From IMG/VR virus record IMGVR_UViG_3300044631_002183, positions 32,001 through 96,000 of that record: a stretch of DNA of 64,000 nt; one strand, written 5' to 3'. Of the stretch, positions 21,479 through 30,965 are shown piece by piece (within the stretch, counting starts at the first letter, position 1; the number at the start of each line of letters is the position of its first letter). Position numbers and translations under genes: made by a program. The notes beneath the pieces are model-generated. The model searched no databases and was not told the DNA's origin. It saw nothing but the letters and a program-made list of their open reading frames with translations. The stretch is from a virus.

Positions 21479-22630
21479 TTAGATTTGCTCTTTCGTCAAG
21501 AAGTAAAAGTAATCAGCCTCTTCTTTGAAGGACTCATCTATAGAAGTCGGAAGCGCGGATTTCGCTTCTCTTACATTATCGCTGCTGATCATAGATTTAG
21601 CATGCCATCTACTACAGAATGTTTTTCCAGATTTAACTACTATTTTATTGCCTTTAAAATATACCTTAGATTTATCTAATCCATCTAAGAACTTGAGATC
21701 TAATACATTCAGACGATTTATTTTTTTGAAATCCATGTATTTCATTTTTTCTTTGTCCAGATCTTCTCCAGTCAAAGATGTAATAAGATCAAATTCTATC
21801 TCTAAAGAATGAAGCAAAGATACGAAATCATCGTCAGAATCTTTTTCTATTCTATAGTATAGCTTTTTAATATTGTTCTTACGGCGAATCAGTAAATTCT
21901 TGTTTATTGGTTTATTTGTAACTACAGAAGCTGATAGAAGCTGCAATTGTTTATCTAGATTATCTTCTGAGAAAAAGTAATCCATTCTAATAACTAGTTC
22001 ATTCTTCCCATCGGCTTTGATATCAAAGACATTATCTGGCATTATCTCTATGCTTTGCGTAGCATAAACTCTTCCGACAGAGATTGTATTATCGAATTCT
22101 GGAGTATAATTGAATAGCATTTCGATTATTTTTTTAGCTATTTCTTCTGGTCTAATATTATTTATGGGCGCAGCAGTTGGATTTACGAAGTTTTTGCGCT
22201 TACAATCTGAATCGATAACGTTCTCTTGTTCTAGAGTGTTCTCTAAATAATAGTCGTATTTTAAATAACACTGTTTAACACCATACTCAGAGCATATCAA
22301 AGAATAAATTTTAGAAGCTCCACAGAAAAGCTTCGCCCTTTTTAATAGATAAGTTTTCTGGGCTAAGTGAACAGAATTATCGATATAGACATGCTTAAAG
22401 TGATACTTTTTATCGTCTATGAAATGAATAATATTTATATTTGCTTGCTTTAGGAGCGGCTCAATTAACTCAATTACTCTAAACCAAAAATTGTAATTTT
22501 TATTTGGGTCTGATGATTGGGTATCTAAAACTATATAATCATCGAATGGAAGTGGAAAAATTTTCTCGTAAATATGCGCTTTGCCCGGCTCTAGGCCGGT
22601 TGTAGCTTTGAAAGATTTTAGCAAGTTCAT
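21479..22630 (-). CDS. Degenerate GT9 (heptosyltransferase-like) C-terminal-domain protein
   Basis: YIVLDTQSSDPNKNY..W..VIEL, LAQKTYLLKRAKLFCG and INNIRPEEI follow the GT9 C-terminal Rossmann domain pattern; the usual DSG motif is replaced by ASK. Confidence 0.45.
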   Translation of the reverse strand: MNLLKSFKATTGLEPGKAHIYEKIFPLPFDDYIVLDTQSSDPNKNYNFWFRVIELIEPLLKQANINIIHFIDDKKYHFKHVYIDNSVHLAQKTYLLKRAKLFCGASKIYSLICSEYGVKQCYLKYDYYLENTLEQENVIDSDCKRKNFVNPTAAPINNIRPEEIAKKIIEMLFNYTPEFDNTISVGRVYATQSIEIMPDNVFDIKADGKNELVIRMDYFFSEDNLDKQLQLLSASVVTNKPINKNLLIRRKNNIKKLYYRIEKDSDDDFVSLLHSLEIEFDLITSLTGEDLDKEKMKYMDFKKINRLNVLDLKFLDGLDKSKVYFKGNKIVVKSGKTFCSRWHAKSMISSDNVREAKSALPTSIDESFKEEADYFYFLTKEQI

Positions 22631-24492
22631 TTGATTAAAACAGAATGATGATTATTAATAGAAAAATTATCTAAGCAATATGATTCGTAAAAGTTATTTT
22701 TCAAAAACTCTGGATCTGAAAATTGCTTAGTCTGCACGAAGGCTTCCTTTATTAATGTGTTGCCAGAAAAAATTGGCTGGCTGTTCTCATTAGAGGAAAC
22801 AAAGATATGCTTATCTGGATACTTTTCTTTTATAGCTGATATGATTTTAGTAGATAGAAATATATTCTCTAAAGTAGAATTAATTGAAACAAATATTCTA
22901 TCCTCTGGCTTAGTGTCTCCGAAGAGATCTTCTAGTTTAAAACTTTTATTTTTATCGTTTTCTTTGTATGCTACTTCTCTGAAATATTGATCGATAGTTT
23001 GTCTTGAAGTCCCAGCTTTGATCTTTTCTATCCAATGCAGCAATCCTTCATCGTCGTCAAGTACTTCTTTAGATAAAATCAAAGAGTATAGAGATTTTAA
23101 CCAAAGAATATTATCTTCTGCTTCTGGAATATCAGCGTTTGGATTGCATGATTTTACTGGATCTTTTTCCAAAGAATACTCCTTAAAGTCGCAAGAGTCT
23201 AAAAACTTTTCTATTTTTTCACCAACACTAGTAACAGAAAAATTATCAATAACCCATTTTCTAGCTTGCTTGCCCATCTTAGCTTTTTGATCATCTGGCA
23301 TTTCATAGGCAAGTTTAAGGTTATTAGCTATAGAAACTGGACAAGTAGAAGCTTTAATGAATTCTGTGCCGAACTCTCTATACTCGCTCCAAGCCAACGG
23401 AATAGAAGCGGCTTCAGGCTCGCACATTTCCTCTCCGCAACTATAATTAGTAACAAGAGTAATTAATCCAGTTAACTTTGCTTCTTGAATGGGAATCTCT
23501 TGGCCACCACTTGTAAATGGATGACAATAAACATCCATTAAGTTATAAATTTCATTCAACTGCTTTTCAGTAGTCCCAAGAGATGTAGAGGTAGTCACGC
23601 AAGAGTCTTTAGTTTTGCATCTATGGCAATCTGCATCATGCCCTTCGAAATTACGAACATGATAAGATCTGCATTTTTTACAAATATAAGTCGTTAAGAT
23701 GTCGCGCATATCTACTCCGACTTCTTTGCAAAGTTTTTCTATGCCCCAACCTTCTTTCCAGTGAGTGTGCAATAAAAGCTTAGGTTTGCTATTTGGATTT
23801 TGACTTTTGAAAGATTTAAATCCTTGTAGAAGATTCGGAACAGACTTCCTCAACTGATTTCTGAAAACAAATCCTATAATAAAATTATCTTGGTCTATGC
23901 CATTATTTTTTCTTAGAGCAGCTTTTTCTTCTTTTGAAAATGGTTTGAACTCTGAAACATCAATAGCTCCATGGACAGTTTGAACATGAGTGTGTCCAAG
24001 CTTGTGCATTTCTTTTTCAGCAAAATTAGACCAAACCCAATAATTCTTGATCTTAGGAGCAGCGGCAACAGCGGAAGGCAAAAGAGGCAGAGAATCTAAA
24101 GTAACCCACAAAACATGATTTAGTCTATTGAACCAAGTTTTATTTATCGCATAATCTACTCCCCAAAAATCTTGGACTCCAATATAGATATCTGGTTTTT
24201 CTTTTTCAATAATTTTATCTAGCTCTAAAGCGCCATAAGAATAAAGTCTTCCTTTATCTGGGTGAGAATTGGCTTCTTCTAGTTCTGGACCGGAAGTTGG
24301 GTAACATCCATAGCTTTTCCAAGGAGTTCTTTCAAGTTCTGTGTTATTTTTTGTTAATCCGCCGCCAAGAGAGATAATCTCGTACTTACCAGTCTTATAT
24401 AAATAAGAAAGAATGGCCTTGGTATTTCTACCAAAGCCAGTCTTAGACAGAGCAAAATCGCTGTGATAAAGAATCTTTTTCTTTTTTACCAT
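22627..24492 (-). CDS. GT-B (GT4-like) glycosyltransferase with CxxC-CxxC insertion, DUF4214-like and GT9-N-like C-terminal domains
   Basis: KTGFGR, FRNQLRK, YNLMDVYCHPFTSGGQEIPIQEA (GT4 core); CKKC...CHRC insertion; LYSLILSKE..DDEGLLHW (DUF4214-like). Confidence 0.75.
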   Translation of the reverse strand: MVKKKKILYHSDFALSKTGFGRNTKAILSYLYKTGKYEIISLGGGLTKNNTELERTPWKSYGCYPTSGPELEEANSHPDKGRLYSYGALELDKIIEKEKPDIYIGVQDFWGVDYAINKTWFNRLNHVLWVTLDSLPLLPSAVAAAPKIKNYWVWSNFAEKEMHKLGHTHVQTVHGAIDVSEFKPFSKEEKAALRKNNGIDQDNFIIGFVFRNQLRKSVPNLLQGFKSFKSQNPNSKPKLLLHTHWKEGWGIEKLCKEVGVDMRDILTTYICKKCRSYHVRNFEGHDADCHRCKTKDSCVTTSTSLGTTEKQLNEIYNLMDVYCHPFTSGGQEIPIQEAKLTGLITLVTNYSCGEEMCEPEAASIPLAWSEYREFGTEFIKASTCPVSIANNLKLAYEMPDDQKAKMGKQARKWVIDNFSVTSVGEKIEKFLDSCDFKEYSLEKDPVKSCNPNADIPEAEDNILWLKSLYSLILSKEVLDDDEGLLHWIEKIKAGTSRQTIDQYFREVAYKENDKNKSFKLEDLFGDTKPEDRIFVSINSTLENIFLSTKIISAIKEKYPDKHIFVSSNENSQPIFSGNTLIKEAFVQTKQFSDPEFLKNNFYESYCLDNFSINNHHSVLIK

Positions 24493-25061
24493 AGATCGTC
24501 ATCCGACGACTCCTGCTTAGGAGCCTCTTCCTTTTTAGGAGGGGCTGCTTGAGGAGTAGCGGCTGATCTATTATCTTGTTCTAGCGAAGCCTTTTCAAAA
24601 CTTTTCGCTAGAGCAAAGCAGAAGAAGGACTCAAGGCGGACGCCCTCACCGAATGTAAAGCCAATTAAAAATGAGGTCTTGTCCTGAGAGTTCTCCTTGC
24701 TCTCCTTTGAGACTGAAAAAGAGTAACCAACTTGGGCCATCTTTGATGGATCTTCCTTAGTGCCGCGCATGTAAGGAGAGAACTTAATCCTAGTAACCTG
24801 CTTAGCCGAATCATGGAACGCAGAAATTTCGCCATTGCGCCTAATAGCGGAAATGATATCAGAAGCCTCAGTGAGGCTTAGCTTGACGGAGCATGACATT
24901 TTTGGATTCTGGGCATTGCCAGCGAATGAACCACGCTTAGTTTGGTCATCCCAACTAGCTTGCTTGATCATGTTTACGAAGATGCAGTCGTCCTTAGCAG
25001 AATATTTAAAGGAGCAGCCACAGCCAGTGTTCTTAGGATTCGGTTTGTAAAATTGAAGCAT
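24486..25061 (-). CDS. Putative ssDNA-binding/replication accessory protein
   Basis: Start moved to the ATG at 25061 (MLQFYKPN), just after a promoter-like element. Beta-rich core, low-complexity linker and acidic tail SSDDDLW as in SSBs; adjacent to dnaE. Confidence 0.45.
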   Translation of the reverse strand: MLQFYKPNPKNTGCGCSFKYSAKDDCIFVNMIKQASWDDQTKRGSFAGNAQNPKMSCSVKLSLTEASDIISAIRRNGEISAFHDSAKQVTRIKFSPYMRGTKEDPSKMAQVGYSFSVSKESKENSQDKTSFLIGFTFGEGVRLESFFCFALAKSFEKASLEQDNRSAATPQAAPPKKEEAPKQESSDDDLW

Positions 25062-25080
25062 ACAATTTATAATGGTATTT

Positions 25081-27660
25081 TTACTCCGGATTGTCAAGAT
25101 TTTTTTCCTTTAATTCAGACAATTTGGTGTATATTTTCAGTGTCTGAATTCCAATAGTGTCTCCAAATAAACAGTCTTTCTTTTTCGAGCCTTTAACGAT
25201 AACGATGTCATCCTTTTCTGGCATTTTTTCGTTATTACAAGACTTATTAAAGTCAATTTTATCGTTAAAAGTAAGGATCGGGATAGATCCAAATTCATCA
25301 GACACAATCATCTTAAATGTTCTTGTTTTCTTTTCATTTTTAGAGATCCATTCGGATGCGTCATCGACTTTACCGACTACATACACGACTTGATTGTCAG
25401 AGCATTCAAGAGCTTGTGAAGTAGTGATTAGATTTGGCATCTTTTGAGAGAAGATCGCATTAAGAGACTTATCATAGCTATATCCAAGAAGCTTGTTCTC
25501 ATAGAACCAGTTGGCAAAGCTTTCAGATTTATTATTTTGCTGATAGATCTTCAAGTATGGATCATACTTCTTTTTAATGGTTGCTAGTCTTGTTTCTTTT
25601 ATTAAGAGCTTGCCGTTTTCATTTTTGGTCTCGGAAAGCTTCTTAACAGTCTTGAGCAAGTCGTTCTCGCACTCTGGCCCATATTGCATGGCAAGAAATT
25701 TCTCCTTCTCAGTCAATACATTCCATAACTGAGCCTCTAATACAACGCGGCTTCTTGAGGCGGAGAAACCATCCAAAGCGCCAGCCTGAATCAAAGCTGA
25801 CAAAACGCCAATAGATAGACCAACTTCCTTGGCAGCTTGGAATACTTCAAATTTACTAGATTGCTCGCTCTTAAATAGTTTGAGCTTATCCATAGTCTTT
25901 TCTGAAATTCCTTTGATTGAAGAAAGTCCGAAGCGAATATCATTGCCCTGAATTGCGAATTCAGTTTCAGATTTCAGAATATGAGGACCAAGCAGAGATA
26001 TCCCAAAGTGACGCAACTCTTTTTGGATCTTGGATATTTCTTCTAGTGGCGCTGGCTCATGCTTAGTCATCTCAAGCAAAGCCAAGAAGAACTCTTTAGG
26101 ATGCTTGAATTTAAGATATACAGTGCAAGCCGCAAGCGCAGCATAGCTCATTGAGTGAGACTTATTGAATGAATAGTTAGCTGAATTTTCAAGAATTCGC
26201 CACAAAATATCGCCAACCTCTGGAGCGATATTATTTTCTTTAATTTTATCAGAGATTTTCTCTTTCCATTTCTTGACCTCTTCAACCTTCTTTTTGCCTA
26301 CGATACGGCGAAGAACTTCTGCTTCATCTAATGTAAAGCCTATTTTATTAGACATTTTCATAAGCTGCTCTTGATATAGAGCAACGCCTCCGCTTGTGCT
26401 TAGAACAGAGTCGAAGAATGGATGGATTGGCTCGTAGACGTTGTTGTTAGTGAAATTGGCGTATTGCTCTACGAACTCTAGCGCGCCCGGGCGAGCAAGC
26501 GCTAGGACGCCGCTCAACTCTTCAAGATTCTTGGGTTTGACTTTCCTGCAAACCTTAAAGTTAGTGTCAGCTTCGATTTGAAAACATCCGTGAGGAGTCT
26601 TTAGGTCTTGAAGTTGTTGATAAACAATAGGATCATTAAAATCAACGTCAGAAACTTTGATTCCAACTAGCTTGCAAACACGGTCAACGATTGAAACGCT
26701 TCTAAGACCAAGAAGATCAAGCTTAACATTAAATACAGAAATCCAATTCATGTCATAACTGGAGACCTGTTCTTTATCGCTGGTAAGTTCGACAGGGCAG
26801 CTTTGATCTATCGGGTAGTACGAAAGCATCATTCCAGATGCGTGGACGCTCTTATTCTTGATTAGGTTTCTTAGCTTTAGAGCGGTCTTGTAAGATCTAG
26901 GATTTTGTTCGCACCATTTCCTAAGCTGCTCAACCTCTGCGTTAGCCTCCTTTAGGTCCATGACTTGACCGAAAGTCTTTGGTATCAAAGAGCTAACTTC
27001 ATTCATTTCTGACTCTGGCTTCTCGTCAATGATCTTGCCGCATTCTTTGATCAGCAGTTTTCCGCTAAGAGTGGTCAGAGTAAGAATCTTAGAGGTTCTT
27101 CCAGTGAATAGTTGATCAAGATATTTAATTACCTTATGCCGATTATAGTAGCAGATATCGATATCGACATCTGGGGCTAAACTTCCATCTATGTAATCAA
27201 CACCATCAATCGTTTGTTTTTTTGATCTGGTTTTAGAAATGAATCTTTCAAAAAAGAGGCCGTTTTTTATTGGATCTATTTTAGTGACTCCTATAAGAAA
27301 AAGGATCAAGCTCCCAGCAGCACTTCCTCTGCCCAATCCAAGTGCAATATCATTTTTACGGCAAAAATCTACCACACGCCAAACTAGAAGAATATAATCA
27401 ACATATCCAAGTTCTTTTATGATAGAAAGCTCATATTTTGCTCTTTCTACATAAGAATCATATTCAGAAGAGTTTTTAACTAAAGTTAAATTCTTAAATC
27501 CTTCTAAGCATAAATGCCTAAGAAAGTTAAAATTATCTTTGTCGGAATTAGATTTGAAACCATTGTTTTTCTTGTCTTCTTCAGTTATCAGAAACTCAGG
27601 AAGTCTTACGCCATAAAGTGGCAACTTAATATTAGAAAATAAAGAATTAAAGTCGTTCAT
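25081..27660 (-). CDS. dnaE: DNA polymerase III alpha (DnaE-type) catalytic subunit lacking the PHP domain
   Basis: GRGSAAGSL, LFFERF, PDVDID, HASG, KLDLLGL, YQEQLM, YSFNKSH, IRFGLSSIKG motifs and a C-terminal OB-like region. Confidence 0.95.
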   Translation of the reverse strand: MNDFNSLFSNIKLPLYGVRLPEFLITEEDKKNNGFKSNSDKDNFNFLRHLCLEGFKNLTLVKNSSEYDSYVERAKYELSIIKELGYVDYILLVWRVVDFCRKNDIALGLGRGSAAGSLILFLIGVTKIDPIKNGLFFERFISKTRSKKQTIDGVDYIDGSLAPDVDIDICYYNRHKVIKYLDQLFTGRTSKILTLTTLSGKLLIKECGKIIDEKPESEMNEVSSLIPKTFGQVMDLKEANAEVEQLRKWCEQNPRSYKTALKLRNLIKNKSVHASGMMLSYYPIDQSCPVELTSDKEQVSSYDMNWISVFNVKLDLLGLRSVSIVDRVCKLVGIKVSDVDFNDPIVYQQLQDLKTPHGCFQIEADTNFKVCRKVKPKNLEELSGVLALARPGALEFVEQYANFTNNNVYEPIHPFFDSVLSTSGGVALYQEQLMKMSNKIGFTLDEAEVLRRIVGKKKVEEVKKWKEKISDKIKENNIAPEVGDILWRILENSANYSFNKSHSMSYAALAACTVYLKFKHPKEFFLALLEMTKHEPAPLEEISKIQKELRHFGISLLGPHILKSETEFAIQGNDIRFGLSSIKGISEKTMDKLKLFKSEQSSKFEVFQAAKEVGLSIGVLSALIQAGALDGFSASRSRVVLEAQLWNVLTEKEKFLAMQYGPECENDLLKTVKKLSETKNENGKLLIKETRLATIKKKYDPYLKIYQQNNKSESFANWFYENKLLGYSYDKSLNAIFSQKMPNLITTSQALECSDNQVVYVVGKVDDASEWISKNEKKTRTFKMIVSDEFGSIPILTFNDKIDFNKSCNNEKMPEKDDIVIVKGSKKKDCLFGDTIGIQTLKIYTKLSELKEKNLDNPE

Positions 27661-28295
27661 ATTTCAACTTGGAATTTGATTTTGTTCCAAACTTTCAGGT
27701 TTAGTTCTAGGTCGATGATGGCGTTATGGAGATTATCGTAGTCGTGATCTATGCTGTAGTCTTTGCCCAAAGCAGTAAGATTTGTCTTGATGCCTTTTTT
27801 ATAAGTATGGAGAAGCTTATATTGATATTCAATTAAAGACTCTTTTGGCATCTTGGGAATACCATACTTAATTCCTTTAGCCAAGCAATTGGTGTCTAAG
27901 ATCTTATTAACTAAATGATTCGCTCGCAATCCTTTGAGCAAATACATTTCTTTTATAAGATAGAGGTCGAAGCCAAGAATATTGTGACCAATAATATAGT
28001 CAGAAGAGTCAAGCCAATCCCTAATAGTGCCAAACACATCGTCAAATTTCTTGCCAGTTGTTTCGATGAGTTGCTCTGGGTATCTTGTGATTCGTTTTGC
28101 ATCTTCTGATATTTTAAGATTAGTATCCCACTTAATCAAGAAATCTCGCTCATCGATCTTCTTGCCGCCTACAGTATCAAGCATTGCAACCTGCCAAGGA
28201 AGATTCTGGCAGAAGTTAAGGCAAAGATTTAAGGTTTCGCAGTCGATAAAAACAAGGCGTTTAGACTTGTCAAATCTCAGTAGTTCATTTTCCAT
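27657..28295 (-). CDS. dnaQ: DEDDh 3'-5' exonuclease (DnaQ/epsilon-like)
   Basis: ExoI DCET, ExoII GHNILGFD, ExoIII HNAIID. Confidence 0.85.
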   Translation of the reverse strand: MENELLRFDKSKRLVFIDCETLNLCLNFCQNLPWQVAMLDTVGGKKIDERDFLIKWDTNLKISEDAKRITRYPEQLIETTGKKFDDVFGTIRDWLDSSDYIIGHNILGFDLYLIKEMYLLKGLRANHLVNKILDTNCLAKGIKYGIPKMPKESLIEYQYKLLHTYKKGIKTNLTALGKDYSIDHDYDNLHNAIIDLELNLKVWNKIKFQVEI

Positions 28296-29052
28296 ATTTT
28301 TCCTTGAATGATTCGGCGCAGAATTCGTTTGAAGAGCAGTGTTCCAGATTAGGCTTGTTCAAAGTGGTTCGCTCAGAAATGCACCTGAAAGTTAGATAAG
28401 CCAAAAAGTCTTCTTTGTTCTCATAATAAACAGATTGAGCTTTAACCGCTAGAAGCTTATCTGTTGTAATTTCTTCCACTTTAGACTTTAGAATACCATC
28501 GAATGGCAAATTATTATCTTCTATAAAATAGACAGGCTTGCAAAAGCTGAAATCAGGAATACAAATGCTGTAAGTCAAATTATTCTTGAAGACATAAGAG
28601 TCATAAAATGGAATGCCCAAGCAAAGATTATTTTCATCCCATAACTCTTTAAGAGTCTTGCAGTCTATTCTTGGATAATAATAAAATCCTCTGGTGCTTG
28701 CACTAGTTGAAATTTTAATTAGATTTTGATAGCCTTCAGAATTCCTAATGAAAACTATAACTTTATGCTCCTTATCTTTGGATTCAGCAGTCTTGTTGTC
28801 TATATCATCACATACAGTCAATCGCAAACCAAATCTTAAATCTAATTTGGCATCTTCGCAAGACTTGTAAGCCTCAAGAAATCCAGAGATAGAGTCATCG
28901 ACAAGATAAACTTTATCTAAACCAAGCTTTTTAGAGATATCTATTATTGAACTTGGTTCATCTGCATCGCTAGATCCAGCCTTGGCAAGCGTTAAAACAG
29001 ACTTCCCAAGACTATAATGGGACTTAAAAAGCGGGATCGCTGAATACTCCAT
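28285..29052 (-). CDS. Stand-alone PHP domain of DnaE (N-terminal part)
   Basis: SHYSLGKS, YLVDDSISGF and NSEGYQNLIKIST...FYYYPRID match the DnaE N-terminal PHP domain; several metal-ligand His residues are absent. Confidence 0.85.
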   Translation of the reverse strand: MEYSAIPLFKSHYSLGKSVLTLAKAGSSDADEPSSIIDISKKLGLDKVYLVDDSISGFLEAYKSCEDAKLDLRFGLRLTVCDDIDNKTAESKDKEHKVIVFIRNSEGYQNLIKISTSASTRGFYYYPRIDCKTLKELWDENNLCLGIPFYDSYVFKNNLTYSICIPDFSFCKPVYFIEDNNLPFDGILKSKVEEITTDKLLAVKAQSVYYENKEDFLAYLTFRCISERTTLNKPNLEHCSSNEFCAESFKEKYGK

Positions 29053-29085
29053 GCCTTAGTATGGCTCTGAAAGTTTGGAAGTCAA

Positions 29086-30033
29086 TCAAAAAGTCAACTC
29101 ATCTTTGCGCCAGAATGGGCAACCTTTGTATTCTTTTTTATTTATAAGTTTTACCTTGGGATCATTAACCAAAGAGTTCTTATCAAAAGAAGATTTAACG
29201 TATTTATCATTCTCGTCTACGCCAACATAAAAAGTATTTGGAAGCCTAGATGGGCATATCCACTTACCGGGGACATCGCTGCCGCACATCCATTTCTTTT
29301 TAGGAGATTTAGCTGCGAGATTTTCTACAGCTTTCTTTTCATCAAAAGAAGAAATATATCCAGCTACATAACTTAAATAAGCTTTGAAACCTTCCAATTG
29401 TTCAGCAGTTGGCTTAGGGGCTTCTTGGATTGGCTGCTTCTTAAACTTAAGAAAAATAAAAGAAACATCTGGAATATGACCTTTGGTCTTAAAAACTGCC
29501 AAAGAGTACATTAAATTTTGCAAATTGAAATCAATCTCTTCTTTAGAGAACTTTCCTTTGCTTGACTTATAATCGTAAATTTTGTATTCGTTATCACTAA
29601 ATTTAGCGAGCTTGTCGATAAAACCATTGATAATATAATCTTCTTCTTCTAGTTTAAACTCGGACTCCGCCTCGACAAGTATAGCGCCAGAACAGAAAAA
29701 ATCACTTTGAAGACCAGTCTGGATCATAGAGTATATCATCTCCAGATTTTCCTCGTCATCAACCTTGAGCTTTTTGGCGTTTTTTAAGATAAGTTTATGT
29801 ATAGCTGGGTTTTTAATTACGCCAGCTTTACCGGAGCACAAATCTTCAAAATACTTCTTATGCCTATCAGTTAATAGAAGCTCAAAAATTAAGTGGCAAA
29901 TTGTGCCTCTAGATGCCCCAGAGTTGGAGATATCAGGCATCTTAAAAATATATTTAGTATAGTAAAGCCAACTGCATCCTTCGGCAGTTTTGATTTTACT
30001 AGCACTTAGCTTTACTTTTTCTACGGCGCTCAT
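29086..30033 (-). CDS. PD-(D/E)XK nuclease (RecB/AddB/Cas4-like)
   Basis: LSASKI...C, RGTICH, GFIDKL, IYDYKSSK, Q..MY; C-terminal Cys residues that could bind an Fe-S cluster. Confidence 0.85.
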   Translation of the reverse strand: MSAVEKVKLSASKIKTAEGCSWLYYTKYIFKMPDISNSGASRGTICHLIFELLLTDRHKKYFEDLCSGKAGVIKNPAIHKLILKNAKKLKVDDEENLEMIYSMIQTGLQSDFFCSGAILVEAESEFKLEEEDYIINGFIDKLAKFSDNEYKIYDYKSSKGKFSKEEIDFNLQNLMYSLAVFKTKGHIPDVSFIFLKFKKQPIQEAPKPTAEQLEGFKAYLSYVAGYISSFDEKKAVENLAAKSPKKKWMCGSDVPGKWICPSRLPNTFYVGVDENDKYVKSSFDKNSLVNDPKVKLINKKEYKGCPFWRKDELTF

Positions 30034-30965
30034 TGTATTGAATTATACCAGTTACTGATCAGAGATCTATCTTTTAAATGCATTTCACCGAAATCTTTTG
30101 CTCCAAATGGCAGTTTTATTTCTACTTGACTGGGATCAAAGTAGTTCAAAAGTCTTTGCTTGGCAGATTCCGCAGCCATGTTTCCAGCAGCATTATTGAA
30201 GCTGTCGTCATTAAAGGCAATTACAATTTTCTTAGGATTGTACCCGATGAGAGAATAAACAATCTTTGGCGAAAGATTCAACCCAAAAGATACTATACAA
30301 TTATTTATTCCATTTTCTCTTAGAGCAAGCATATCGCCTATGCTTTCTACAAGAATTATTTCTTTGGAAGATTTAATGTCTTTAGCGTTAACTTTAAGAG
30401 GGAACGCCCACTCTTTCTTATCACCAATAAGTTTCCATTTTGGGCGACCTTCTAGGCTAATTTTAGAAACATCTCTACCAGCAAAGCCAACTATTTCATC
30501 CTTGCAGTTGAATATTGGGAATACATATCGATTGAACATCTTGCCAGTGGTTGCAACGCCGCCCTGAAAAGGAGCAAGAGTTTGGCTTGATATTCCTCTG
30601 TTGCCCCAGTAAGAATCGTCTCTAAGAAGCTTGATCAATAAAGACTTATCAAATACAGTGGTTTGAGTTGTAGTTACTCTTTGCTGATGCTCTTCTTCAT
30701 TAGAAGTATTGATTCCTTTTTCAGAAATCCATTTTTTGGCTTCGTCTATAGACTTTAATTTAAGAGTCAGCCTAACTAAATCTTCTATAGACCCACTAAT
30801 ATTTTCTTTGAAGTCAACCCATTGCCCAGAATTCTTCCAAATCCTGAGTACATTATCGTTACCAGAATCTCTATAAAGAGGTCTGGTTCTGAATTCTCTG
30901 CCATGATCTGCCAGAGTGTAACCGATATCTGTTAGTATCTGTCTTACTGATTCGCAATCGTTCAT
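30030..30965 (-). CDS. dnaG: DnaG-like TOPRIM primase
   Basis: RYVFPIFN, VGFAGR, PKW, LVESIGD, AFNDD and KDFGE motifs; next to dnaB. Confidence 0.85.
   Translation of the reverse strand: MNDCESVRQILTDIGYTLADHGREFRTRPLYRDSGNDNVLRIWKNSGQWVDFKENISGSIEDLVRLTLKLKSIDEAKKWISEKGINTSNEEEHQQRVTTTQTTVFDKSLLIKLLRDDSYWGNRGISSQTLAPFQGGVATTGKMFNRYVFPIFNCKDEIVGFAGRDVSKISLEGRPKWKLIGDKKEWAFPLKVNAKDIKSSKEIILVESIGDMLALRENGINNCIVSFGLNLSPKIVYSLIGYNPKKIVIAFNDDSFNNAAGNMAAESAKQRLLNYFDPSQVEIKLPFGAKDFGEMHLKDRSLISNWYNSIQ

Noticed and set aside
29086-30033. Cas4 as evidence of a CRISPR-Cas system
   Set aside because: A stand-alone PD-(D/E)XK nuclease in a replication operon, common in phages; no array or other cas genes.
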